A stretch of DNA of 64,000 nt from an uncultured Oscillospiraceae bacterium (GTDB lineage: Bacteria > Bacillota > Clostridia > Oscillospirales > Ruminococcaceae): positions 947-64,946 of the forward strand of contig CASEBP010000103.1 in NCBI GenBank assembly GCA_949285275.1. Direction: 5' to 3'. The notes beneath the pieces were generated by a model. The model had not been told where the DNA came from. It saw only the letters and a list, made by a program, of their open reading frames with translations, and searched no databases. A program made the position numbers and the translations under genes. How positions within the stretch are numbered: position 1 is the first letter of the stretch; every line of letters begins with the position of its first letter. Shown here one piece after another: positions 28,140-37,031 of the stretch.

Positions 28140-30458
28140 ATGATTCAACAGATCGTAAAGCGGGACGGCCGGGTCGTCGCGTTTGAGCTTGATAAAATCA
28201 CCGAAGCGATCTATAAGGCCGCTCAGGCACTGGGCGGTAAAGACCGCGCGATGGCGGAGCAGCTTGCGCGTGAGGTGGTCGCTTACCTCGAATCGAAGGG
28301 AAATGAGACCCCCTCGGTTGAACAGATTCAGGACGCCGTTGAGCGCACCCTGATCGAAAACGGACATGCCCGTACCGCCAAGGAGTTCATCCTCTACCGT
28401 TCGAACCGGACCCGGATTCGCGAGATGAACACCAAGCTGATGAAGATCTATGAGGATCTGACCTTCCGCGAAGCCCGTGAGAACGATGTCAAGCGGGAAA
28501 ATGCCAACATCGATGGCGATACCGCGATGGGCACGATGCTCAAGTATGGATCGGAGGGCGCCAAGCAGTTTGATGAGATGTTCATCCTCAAGCCGGAGCA
28601 CTCCAAAGCGCACCGCGAGGGGGATATCCATATCCACGACCTCGATTTCTATACTCTGACCACTACCTGCTGCCAGATTGATCTGACCCGCCTGTTCCAG
28701 GACGGATTTTCGACTGGACACGGCTTTTTGCGCGAACCGAACTCGATTCAGAGCTATTCGGCGCTCGCCTGCATCGCGATTCAGGCCAACCAGAACGACC
28801 AGCACGGTGGACAGAGTGTGCCGGCCTTTGATTTTGATATGGCTCGCGGCGTCGCCAAGAGCTACCGCACCCTCTACCGAAGCAACATGATCAAGGCGCT
28901 TGATCTTGAGGGAGTGGAAAATGCGGAGGCGCTGGTCAAGGATGCCGCTGCCCGGATTGAGGCGGAGGCTAACGGACTCTGGCCGGCGATGGATCCCGCC
29001 AACGGCTATACCGAGCGGGAGCGGGAACTGCTGGTCCCGGCAGCCGGCGAAGCGGCAGTGGCCAAAGCGCAGGAGTTTGCCCGGCGGTATGCCGACCGGG
29101 AGATCGACCGGCACACCTATCAGGCGATGGAGGCGCTGGTTCACAACCTGAATACAATGCATTCCCGTGCCGGCGCGCAGATTCCCTTCTCCTCCCTCAA
29201 CTATGGGACCGATACCTCGCTGGAGGGCCGGCTGGTCATCCGCAATCTTCTGCTGGCAACCGAAGCCGGTCTGGGCAACGGAGAGACGGCGATCTTCCCC
29301 ATCCATATCTTCAAGGTCAAGGAAGGGGTCAACTTCAACCCCGGGGATCCCAACTATGACCTCTTCAAGCTCGCCTGCAAGGTTTCGGCCGAGCGGCTCT
29401 TCCCGAACTTCTCCTTCCTGGATGCGCCGTTTAATCTGAAGTATTACAAGCCGGGCCATCCTGAGACCGAGGCGACTTATATGGGCTGCCGTACCCGGGT
29501 GGTCGGCAATGTCTACGATCCCACCCGTGAGATTGTCACCGGACGCGGCAATCTGAGCTTTACCTCGATCAATCTGCCGCGGTTGGCAATTAAGGCCAAT
29601 CACAACATCGACTTCTTCTTTGAGCAGCTTGAGCAGCAGATGAACCTGGTGATCGACCAGCTCAACCACCGGCTGCGGATCCAGTCGGGCAAGAAGGTCA
29701 AGAACTATCCGTTCCTGATGGGGCAGGGGATCTGGCTCGATTCCGAGCGGCTCGGACCGGAGGATACGGTAGGGGAGGTGCTTAAGCACGGCACCCTGAC
29801 CACCGGCTTCATCGGCCTGGCAGAATGCCTGACCGCGCTGATTGGCAAACATCACGGCGAGTCACAGGCTGCCCAGAATCTGGGCCTCGAAATTATCGGC
29901 TGCATGCGTAAGCGAATGGATGAGGAGAGCGCCAAAACCGGCCTCAACTATACGCTGATCGCCACTCCCGCTGAGGGGCTTTCGGGCCGCTTTGTGCGGA
30001 TCGACCGGGAGCGGTACGGGGTAATTCCCGGGGTGACCGATCGGGAGTATTATACCAACTCCTTCCATATTCCGGTTTGGTTCCCGATTTCCGCCTATGA
30101 GAAGCTGCGGCTGGAGGCGCCTTATCATGCATTGACCAATGCCGGACATATTTCCTATATTGAGCTTGACGGGGATCCGGTCAAGAACCTCGATGCCTTC
30201 GAATCGGTGGTGCGGTTTATGAAGGAGATCGGCATCGGCTACGGTTCGATCAACCATCCGCTTGATCGGGATCCGGTCTGCGGCTACACCGGTATTATTG
30301 ATGATGTCTGCCCGCGCTGCGGCCGTCACGAGGGTGAGGCGATTGAGCTGGAAAAGCTGCAGAAGCTTGGGCTTTACCGCCATCTGAATTCCCAGACGCT
30401 CGGCTGCTGCGGCAATCCGGATGAGGAGGCCGACCGGGTGGTTAATCCCCTTGGATGA
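28140..30458 (+). CDS. nrdD: Class III (anaerobic) ribonucleoside-triphosphate reductase, large catalytic chain lacking the glycyl-radical motif
   Basis: N-terminal ATP cone (IVKRDG), GDIHIHDLDFY, TTTCC, YMGCRT, RGNLSFTSINL, ATPAEGLSGRF, YYTNSFH, DPVC...CPRC. Confidence 0.95.
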   Translation: MIQQIVKRDGRVVAFELDKITEAIYKAAQALGGKDRAMAEQLAREVVAYLESKGNETPSVEQIQDAVERTLIENGHARTAKEFILYRSNRTRIREMNTKLMKIYEDLTFREARENDVKRENANIDGDTAMGTMLKYGSEGAKQFDEMFILKPEHSKAHREGDIHIHDLDFYTLTTTCCQIDLTRLFQDGFSTGHGFLREPNSIQSYSALACIAIQANQNDQHGGQSVPAFDFDMARGVAKSYRTLYRSNMIKALDLEGVENAEALVKDAAARIEAEANGLWPAMDPANGYTERERELLVPAAGEAAVAKAQEFARRYADREIDRHTYQAMEALVHNLNTMHSRAGAQIPFSSLNYGTDTSLEGRLVIRNLLLATEAGLGNGETAIFPIHIFKVKEGVNFNPGDPNYDLFKLACKVSAERLFPNFSFLDAPFNLKYYKPGHPETEATYMGCRTRVVGNVYDPTREIVTGRGNLSFTSINLPRLAIKANHNIDFFFEQLEQQMNLVIDQLNHRLRIQSGKKVKNYPFLMGQGIWLDSERLGPEDTVGEVLKHGTLTTGFIGLAECLTALIGKHHGESQAAQNLGLEIIGCMRKRMDEESAKTGLNYTLIATPAEGLSGRFVRIDRERYGVIPGVTDREYYTNSFHIPVWFPISAYEKLRLEAPYHALTNAGHISYIELDGDPVKNLDAFESVVRFMKEIGIGYGSINHPLDRDPVCGYTGIIDDVCPRCGRHEGEAIELEKLQKLGLYRHLNSQTLGCCGNPDEEADRVVNPLG

Positions 30459-30533
30459 ATGAGATACTGTTATAACAAATTGTAAAAAACACATATAATA
30501 TTTCTTTTGATATAGAACAAAGGAGGAATAAAT

Positions 30534-30704
30534 ATGACGATGAAGAATAATGTGGTTATGGTGGGCGAAGGGGTTGGCTTCGAGCGGATCCGCCGGATCA
30601 CCGGATATCTGGTTGGTACTCTCGACCGTTTCAACAACGCCAAGCGCGCCGAGGTGGCCGATCGCGTTAAGCATGGCCTCTCGGACAAGATGGAACAGCT
30701 GTGA
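30534..30704 (+). CDS. Stand-alone NrdD glycyl-radical domain, 56 aa (absent from ORF track)
   Basis: MTMKNNVVMVGEGVGFERIRRITGYLVGTLDRFNNAKRAEVADRVKHGLSDKMEQL; AAAGGAGG RBS; stop overlaps the nrdG start (GTGA). Confidence 0.93.
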   Translation: MTMKNNVVMVGEGVGFERIRRITGYLVGTLDRFNNAKRAEVADRVKHGLSDKMEQL

Positions 30705-31225
30705 GCGCCCCGGAAAGCACACAGACCATTCGCCTCGCGGGGGTAGTGCGGGAGTCGATTGTGGACGGGCCGGGTATCCGGTTCACCGTCTTTGTGCAAG
30801 GCTGCCCGCACCATTGTCCGGGCTGCCACAATCCGCAGACCCATGACCCGGCAGGGGGGTACGATTGTGAAATCAGCCGGCTGCTTGAAGAGTTTGACCG
30901 GGATCCGCTGCTGCGGGGAATGACCCTCTCGGGCGGTGAACCGATCGAACAGGCTGAGGCGCTGCTGGTGCTGGCGCGTGCGGTCAGAGAGCGGGGAAAG
31001 GACCTGGTCCTCTTTTCCGGTTACACCTTTGAACAGCTGCTGGAGATGGGAAAAACCCGTCCGGCGATTCCCGCGCTGCTGTCCGAATGTTTTCTGCTGA
31101 TCGATGGCCGGTTTGTGCTGGCCCAGCGGGACCTGACCCTGCGCTTTCGTGGCAGCCGAAATCAGCGGCTGCTCGATCCGCCTGCCTCTCTTGCCGCAGG
31201 AAAAGCGGTGGAGGCGAATCTTTGA
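30701..31225 (+). CDS. nrdG: Anaerobic RNR activating protein (radical SAM)
   Basis: ESIVDGPGIR, QGCPHHCPGCHNP, TLSGGEP, LIDGRF, FRGSRNQR. Confidence 0.96.
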   Translation: MSAPESTQTIRLAGVVRESIVDGPGIRFTVFVQGCPHHCPGCHNPQTHDPAGGYDCEISRLLEEFDRDPLLRGMTLSGGEPIEQAEALLVLARAVRERGKDLVLFSGYTFEQLLEMGKTRPAIPALLSECFLLIDGRFVLAQRDLTLRFRGSRNQRLLDPPASLAAGKAVEANL

Positions 31226-31237
31226 CCTTCCATACAG

Positions 31238-31275
31238 AAAAAGACCGCAGAGCGCTTGATACGCTCTGCGGTCTT
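31238..31275. terminator. Terminator between nrdG and the GntR-family gene
   Basis: AAGACCGCAGAGCG-CTTGATA-CGCTCTGCGGTCTT. Confidence 0.8.
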
Positions 31276-31282
31276 GCTGTTT

Positions 31283-31996
31283 TTATTGCAAAAGGGCCCG
31301 GAACTGCTCAACGTCGATCCCCCGCAGGGTGACAACCAGAGCATTCAGGTGTTCATACATCAGATGGGAGGCCTTTTCTGGGTCATGCTCCCGGATCGCT
31401 TCATAGAGGTGGGAGTGGAAGAGGGTGGACCCGGTCAGCGTATAATCCATCACCGAGAAGTGGAGATAGGCGGCGTGCTGGGTCATCACCAGACGAAGCA
31501 GATGGGTGATGATCGGATTGCCTGCGATTTCGGCGATTTTATAGTGAAAGTTGAGGTTTTCCTCTTCGGCCGGTTTCCCGAGCGAATGGGTCTTGTGATG
31601 ACGGATCAAAATCTCCTGAAGCTCCCGCAGATCCTGGTCGGTGGCCCGCTGAGCTGCCAGCTCGGCTGTTTTGATCTCGAGTTGGATTCTTGCTTCCAAA
31701 ATATCCAGATAGACCTGCTTATCGGCGGTGGAGGAGAGATCCAGCAGCAGATCTACATATTTTTTTGAGCTGATGCTCTGTTGCAGCGAACGCAGGTAGG
31801 ACACGCCTTCTTCGGTAAGGACTCGCCCCTTGTTGCTGACCTTTTTGAGCAGCCCGCGTTGTTCCAGGTCCAGCAGGATACGGCCGATATTCGCCTGGGA
31901 AGCGTCGATTCGGGACGAGAGGAAGCTGGCACCGACCGGGGTGTTCAAGGATTGGATTTGTTCCAGGATAAGATGTTCCAGTGTGGGATGATTCAT
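31283..31996 (-). CDS. FadR/GntR-like regulator (winged HTH plus FCD domain)
   Basis: N-terminal wHTH; C-terminal EAR..LE...A.LAA.RAT..DL, FH..IAE.AGN, H..LYEAI..HD...A. Confidence 0.85.
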   Translation of the reverse strand: MNHPTLEHLILEQIQSLNTPVGASFLSSRIDASQANIGRILLDLEQRGLLKKVSNKGRVLTEEGVSYLRSLQQSISSKKYVDLLLDLSSTADKQVYLDILEARIQLEIKTAELAAQRATDQDLRELQEILIRHHKTHSLGKPAEEENLNFHYKIAEIAGNPIITHLLRLVMTQHAAYLHFSVMDYTLTGSTLFHSHLYEAIREHDPEKASHLMYEHLNALVVTLRGIDVEQFRALLQ

Positions 31997-32034
31997 GTTG
32001 GATTCCTCACGATCTCTCGTTGCTCTATTTACTC

Positions 32035-32064
32035 ATCATATCGGAAAGAGGAGATCGTTGTCAA
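32035..32064 (-). promoter_or_regulatory. Promoter of the FCD-domain regulator
   Basis: TTGACA-18 nt-TATGAT on the minus strand. Confidence 0.6.
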
Positions 32065-32216
32065 TATGAATGAGGAAAATCGCGGTCTTTTCCTTTCCGA
32101 CAGACAATCACGGCTTTCCATTCTGTGCATAGCGTGGTACAATAAAGGCCTGGGGACGGCGTGTGCGGTACGGCCGGCCCCGGAAAGGAATCTCAACCGA
32201 AACGGGGGCTGTCATA

Positions 32217-33419
32217 ATGCAAACAGCAGACGTGGTGGTGATTGGCGGCGGCATCATCGGATGTTCGATCGCCTACCATCTGAAGAAAAAAGGAGCCGGA
32301 AGGGTCGTGCTGGTTGAGCGCCGGGGAATCGGGGAGGAGACGTCGAGCGCCTGCGACGGCGGGGTAAACCTGCAGACCAAGGCGCCCGGTCCGGCGCTGC
32401 GGCTGGCTAAACGCAGCCTGCAGCTTTACGAAGGCCTGGCGGAGGAGTTGGATTACGAAATCCATTTTGAGCGCTGCGGCGGGATGGTTATGGCGGACAG
32501 CCCCGAATTGATCGGACTGCTCGAACAATCGGCCGCCGAACAGGCGGCCGCGGGGGTGGAGGTAACTATCCTCAACGGCCAGGAGGCACGCCGCCTCGAA
32601 CCCGCCCTCTCGCAGCAGGTAGCTGCAGTGACCTATTGCCCGGGGGATGGGCGGGTCAATCCGATTCGCACTACCATCGGGTATGCGCGGGCGGCCGGCC
32701 GGCTTGGCGCCGAGATCCTGACCAACACGGCGGTCACCGGCATCCGGACAAAACACAATGAGGTGATCGGCGTCGAGACCTCCCGGGGCATGATCCAAAC
32801 CGGGACGGTGATCAATGCCTGCGGTGTTTATGCGCCCGAGATTGGGCGGATGGTGGGGCTCGACCTTCCGATTCGTCCACGCAAAGGAAACATCATTGTG
32901 ACCGAGCAGGTGGCCCCCTGCCTCGCGCACAACCTGATCTGTGCGCGGTACATCGCTCTCAAGCACAACCCGGACCTGGTCAGGACATCGCAGGATCCCA
33001 GTATGCGCCTGGGGGTCAATCTCTTCCTCGAGCAGACCCACGAAGGAAATCTTATCTTTGGCAGCAATCGGGAGTGGGCTGGCTTTGACAAGAGCACCTC
33101 CTATGAAATCCTCTGTGCGATCTGCCGGTACGCCGTGCGGTTTGCGCCATTTCTGGCGCAGATGCGTGTTATCCGCAGTTTCGCGGGACTGCGGCCCTAT
33201 TGCGAAGGCGGTCCGATTCTCGGCCCGGTGGACGGGATCCAGGGCTTTGTTATGGCGGCCGGGCATGAGGGGGACGGCATTGCGATGGCCCCGATCACCG
33301 GGGAGATCCTGTCGGACTTTGTGATGAGCGGGACGGTCAGCGAGGAGATCCGTCCGTTCCTTTTCAGCCGGTTTGCGCCGCGGCAGCCGCAGGGCAGTTC
33401 AGACGGAAGGGAAGGGTGA
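32217..33419 (+). CDS. FAD-dependent oxidoreductase, DAO family (sarcosine oxidase beta/HcnC/proline dehydrogenase beta-like)
   Basis: VVVIGGGIIG, INACG, PRKG, FAGLRP, AAGHEGDG. Confidence 0.9.
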   Translation: MQTADVVVIGGGIIGCSIAYHLKKKGAGRVVLVERRGIGEETSSACDGGVNLQTKAPGPALRLAKRSLQLYEGLAEELDYEIHFERCGGMVMADSPELIGLLEQSAAEQAAAGVEVTILNGQEARRLEPALSQQVAAVTYCPGDGRVNPIRTTIGYARAAGRLGAEILTNTAVTGIRTKHNEVIGVETSRGMIQTGTVINACGVYAPEIGRMVGLDLPIRPRKGNIIVTEQVAPCLAHNLICARYIALKHNPDLVRTSQDPSMRLGVNLFLEQTHEGNLIFGSNREWAGFDKSTSYEILCAICRYAVRFAPFLAQMRVIRSFAGLRPYCEGGPILGPVDGIQGFVMAAGHEGDGIAMAPITGEILSDFVMSGTVSEEIRPFLFSRFAPRQPQGSSDGREG

Positions 33420-34864
33420 CGATGGACAGGACAACAAATCATCCGGTACTGGATTTCTCCAAGGGGCGCGAGGTTTCTTTTACCTTCGAAGGACGCCGGC
33501 TCACCGGATATGAAGGGGAAAGCGTCGCCGCGGCATTGCATGCGGCAGGGATACGCGCACTGCATGAGAGTACCAAAAAGCACCGGCCCCGCGGGCTGTT
33601 CTGCGCGATTGGCAATTGTTCTTCCTGCCTGATGAAGGTCAACGGTGTTCCCAATGTACGGGTTTGCATTGAGCCGCTGCGGGAAGGGATGACGGTGGAG
33701 CGCCAGACTGGCCGGGAGAAACCGAACTTCCCCGCCCCGGAGGCGGAAGGCGCCGCTGGAGCAGGACGCCGCCCGATCGAGACAGAGATCCTGGTGGTCG
33801 GTGCGGGCCCGGCGGGAATCTGCGCGGCGATCGAAGCGGCAAAGGCGGGGGCGCAGGTGCTTCTGCTTGAGCGAAGCGAGCGAATCGGAGGGCAACTGCT
33901 CAAGCAGACCCATAAGTTTTTCGGATCCAAGGAGCAATATGCCGGTATGCGGGGAGTTGAGATCGCCCGCATCCTGGAGCGGGAAGCCAGTTCGTTGGAA
34001 GGGATTGAGACCTGGACGGGATCGTCCGTAGCCGGCATTTATCCCGACGGAATTGTGCTGGCCGACCGGCGGGGGACTGCCGAGGGAATCCGGCCCCGAG
34101 CCGTTATCGTTGCAACTGGCGCCGCCGAGCGAAACCTCGTCTTCCCCAACAACGACCTGCCTGGCGTTTACGGCGCAGGGGCGGTACAGACCCTGATGAA
34201 CATGGAAGGGGTGGTTCCCGCTCGCCGCGTCTTGATGGTCGGTGCGGGCAACATCGGACTGATTGTCAGCTACCAGTTGCTGCAGGCAGGGGTGGAGGTG
34301 GCCGCGGTCATCGAGGCCGCCCCACAGATCGGCGGCTATGAGGTGCATGCCAATAAGCTGCGACGTGCCGGCGTTCCGATCCTCACCTCCCACACCATTC
34401 GGCGGGCGCTGGGAAGTGAACGGGTCGAGGGTGCGGTGATCTGTCAGGTGGATGAACGGTTCCAGCCAATTCCCGGCACCGAGCAGACGGTTCGTTGTGA
34501 CGCCGTCTGTATGGCGGTGGGGTTGTCTCCGCTGCCGGAACTCTTTTTCCAGGCGGGATGCGAGATGAAGTTTGTCACCGAACTGGGTGGCTATGTTCCG
34601 GTGATCGACAGCCGGCGGCGCACCAGCGTCGCACAGGTCTATGCGGCGGGGGATTCCGGCGGTGTGGAGGAGGCATCGAGCGCGATGCTCACCGGAAAGC
34701 TGGCGGGACTCTGCGCGGCGGCCGATCTCGGCTATGCCGACGGATATCAGGAGAAGTTTGCCGATTACACCGCGCAGCTGGAATCGCTGCGCCCGGTGGG
34801 AGGAAAGATCCGAAACGGCCTGGCTAAGGCCGGGGAAGGAGAACCGGTGCCTTATGAACGATGA
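33416..34864 (+). CDS. 2Fe-2S plus FAD/NAD(P) oxidoreductase (sarcosine oxidase alpha/HcnAB-like)
   Basis: RGLFCAIGNCSSC...RVC 2Fe-2S motif; VVGAGPAG, VATGA.ER, MVGAGNIG, AAGD. Confidence 0.88.
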   Translation: MTMDRTTNHPVLDFSKGREVSFTFEGRRLTGYEGESVAAALHAAGIRALHESTKKHRPRGLFCAIGNCSSCLMKVNGVPNVRVCIEPLREGMTVERQTGREKPNFPAPEAEGAAGAGRRPIETEILVVGAGPAGICAAIEAAKAGAQVLLLERSERIGGQLLKQTHKFFGSKEQYAGMRGVEIARILEREASSLEGIETWTGSSVAGIYPDGIVLADRRGTAEGIRPRAVIVATGAAERNLVFPNNDLPGVYGAGAVQTLMNMEGVVPARRVLMVGAGNIGLIVSYQLLQAGVEVAAVIEAAPQIGGYEVHANKLRRAGVPILTSHTIRRALGSERVEGAVICQVDERFQPIPGTEQTVRCDAVCMAVGLSPLPELFFQAGCEMKFVTELGGYVPVIDSRRRTSVAQVYAAGDSGGVEEASSAMLTGKLAGLCAAADLGYADGYQEKFADYTAQLESLRPVGGKIRNGLAKAGEGEPVPYER

Positions 34865-35639
34865 AATGCTGCAGCAGCTGGAACGCCGGGCGATGGCCTG
34901 CCTGCCCGATGAGGCGCGGCGCCGCCGCGGTCCTTATGCCGTCTTTGAGTGCTTCCAACAGATTCCCTGCAACCCCTGCCGGACCTCCTGCCCATTTGGG
35001 GCGGTCCTGCCGATGGCTGATCTCTGTGAAACCCCGCAGATCGATTATGACCGCTGTGTCGGCTGCGGCGTCTGCCTGTCGGTCTGTCCGGGACTGGCGG
35101 CGTTTGTGATCGATGAAACTTTTTCGGATGAGGAATCGCTTGTCAAAATCCCCTATGAATACGCACCGCTGCCACAAGGTGGGCAGGAGGTGGACGGGGT
35201 CGACCGGCTCGGCGAAACGGTCTGCCGGGTTCGGGTCGAAGCGGTCAAGACCTTCGGAAACCGGACGTCGGTTCTGTCGCTGGCGGTGCCCAAGCCGTTT
35301 ACCCATCGGGTGAGAGGAATCCGGATTTCCCCCCGGGAGCAGCTCATCACCGAAGGGGGAGAGGCTGGGGGCGGAGAGAGCATCGTCTGCCGGTGCGAGG
35401 ATGTCACCGAGGAAGAACTGCGGGCCGCTCTGGGGGAGGGACTGGATTCCCTCAAGCAGCTTAAGCTGCACACCCGGGTTTCGATGGGTCCCTGTCAGGG
35501 CAAGACCTGTATTGCGCTGGTGATGCGGGAGCTTTCCGCCGCGAATGGCCGGCCGGTCGGTGAGCTGAGGGGCCCGAAATACCGCCTTCCGATTCAGCCG
35601 ATCCAGATCAGCGCCTTTCTCGACAAGCCAGAGAAATAG
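34854..35639 (+). CDS. 4Fe-4S ferredoxin fused to a BFD-like 2Fe-2S domain
   Basis: CFQQIPCNPC..SCP and CVGCGVCLSVCPG; C-terminal IVCRCEDV...MGPCQGKTC. Confidence 0.88.
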   Translation: MNDEMLQQLERRAMACLPDEARRRRGPYAVFECFQQIPCNPCRTSCPFGAVLPMADLCETPQIDYDRCVGCGVCLSVCPGLAAFVIDETFSDEESLVKIPYEYAPLPQGGQEVDGVDRLGETVCRVRVEAVKTFGNRTSVLSLAVPKPFTHRVRGIRISPREQLITEGGEAGGGESIVCRCEDVTEEELRAALGEGLDSLKQLKLHTRVSMGPCQGKTCIALVMRELSAANGRPVGELRGPKYRLPIQPIQISAFLDKPEK

Positions 35640-35651
35640 GATCTGCAACAG

Positions 35652-35687
35652 AAAAAGCGCCCTCCCGTTTTTCGAGAGGGCGCTTTT
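35652..35687. terminator. Bidirectional terminator
   Basis: AAAAAGCGCCCTC...GAGGGCGCTTTT. Confidence 0.85.
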
Positions 35688-35696
35688 GTGCAGGGT

Positions 35697-36356
35697 TCAG
35701 GGCTCAGGTGTTTCGAGAGGGCGGCGGGCATCTTTGACCTGGTAGCAGAGGGCCATCAGTCCGTCGGCGAGATGGACGCTTTCCACCACTGCTTCCGGAT
35801 GTTCCACCTTGATGTCGTACTGGGTGAAATTCCAAAAAGCGGTCACGCCACAGCGAATCAAATCGTTGGCCGTTTGCTGGGCAACGTCGCTCGGTACGCA
35901 GAGAATCGCGATATCGACGGTATTTTCCTGACAGAAAGTGGACAGTTCGTCGGCATCGCGCACCGGGAGACCGGCGATCTGCTTTCCGATGAGAGCCGGA
36001 TTCTTGTCAAACAGCCCGGTCAGAACAAAGCCGGATCCGGAAAAGTCGATGTGGTTGACAAAGGCACGGCCGAGGTTGCCCACTCCGATCAGGATGGCGC
36101 GAAAGCCCTGATCCAGGCCGAGAATTTTGCGGATTTCATCGTGGAGCAGCGAAACGTGATAACCGAAACCCTGTTGGCCAAAGCCGCCGAAGCAATTGAG
36201 ATCCTGCCGGATCTGCGAGGCGGTCAAATTCATCATCGCGGCGAGTTCCTTCGAGGAAATCCGGGTGACCCCCCGTTCGAGCAGTTCCCCCAAAAAGCGG
36301 TAATAGCGGGGAAGCCTCCGGATGACAGCCGACGAGACATACTGATTCTTTGGCAA
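35697..36356 (-). CDS. rex: Redox-sensing transcriptional repressor Rex
   Basis: VIRRLPRY, SQIRQDL..FGGFGQQG.GY, IGVGNLG.A, WNFT. Confidence 0.97.
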   Translation of the reverse strand: MPKNQYVSSAVIRRLPRYYRFLGELLERGVTRISSKELAAMMNLTASQIRQDLNCFGGFGQQGFGYHVSLLHDEIRKILGLDQGFRAILIGVGNLGRAFVNHIDFSGSGFVLTGLFDKNPALIGKQIAGLPVRDADELSTFCQENTVDIAILCVPSDVAQQTANDLIRCGVTAFWNFTQYDIKVEHPEAVVESVHLADGLMALCYQVKDARRPLETPEP

Positions 36357-36512
36357 ACTGTTGCACCTCCCATGGAGAATCGCTTCTACATTGTTAAATT
36401 GTATAACAAAGTCGGGCGATTGTCAATTGTTTCTCAATTCAGTGAATCTTAACAGCAGCGCATGAATTATTCACAAAAAGATGCTATAGTATAGTTGACA
36501 GGAGGTGAGGTC

Positions 36513-36971
36513 GTGACGGACCATGAAACTGCGCTGGTGGCTTTGACACCCCGTTCCAAGACGGTAGTATGCGTGACCGATCAACGCCGCTGCGACCGGA
36601 TTATCCGCGCAGGGCAGGTGCTTTCCGAGATGTCGGATACCGATCTTACGGTGCTCAATGTGGCAAAGCCGGGGGTCAGGCAGGATCCGGATTCGCTCGA
36701 ATATCTGTTTGAGGTTTCGAAGGAAAAGGATGCCGAAATGGTACTCCTTTACTCGGAGGATGTGGCAAAAGCCATCATCCGTTACATCAAGGAAAATAAG
36801 GTCGCTTATTTGCTGACTGGTATTCCACAGGAAGGGAAGTCGGTTACGACCCGCATCTGGAGCAAATTTACCCATATTACCTTTTTCGTGGTCGAACATA
36901 ATGGGGAATTGCGGGAGGTCTACAATCCCGCTGTGGCCGCCCGAAATCTTGTCGCGGCAAAACAGGCGTGA
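36513..36971 (+). CDS. Universal-stress-protein-like (KdpD USP-type) domain protein
   Basis: VVCVT.QRRC.RIIRAG, LEYLFEVSK...AEM, I..YIKEN.V..L.TG; RBS GGAGGTG. Confidence 0.65.
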   Translation: MTDHETALVALTPRSKTVVCVTDQRRCDRIIRAGQVLSEMSDTDLTVLNVAKPGVRQDPDSLEYLFEVSKEKDAEMVLLYSEDVAKAIIRYIKENKVAYLLTGIPQEGKSVTTRIWSKFTHITFFVVEHNGELREVYNPAVAARNLVAAKQA

Positions 36972-36983
36972 TTTTGTAAAGAG

Positions 36984-37016
36984 AAGGCCGCCGTCCGGTA
37001 ATGGACGGCGGCCTTT
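36984..37016. terminator. Terminator between convergent genes
   Basis: AAGGCCGCCGTCC-GGTAAT-GGACGGCGGCCTT. Confidence 0.8.
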
Positions 37017-37031
37017 GGCGTAAGCGAAAGC

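Noticed and set aside
28080-29855. 591-aa antisense ORF over nrdD
   Set aside because: Shadow ORF; similar cases at 43126-45570, 49860-52133, 25440-27239 and 62079-63362
30456-30533. Stop-codon readthrough or selenocysteine joining nrdD to its radical domain
   Set aside because: Two more in-frame stops (TAA 30483, TAG 30513) follow the TGA, and the small ORF has its own strong RBS
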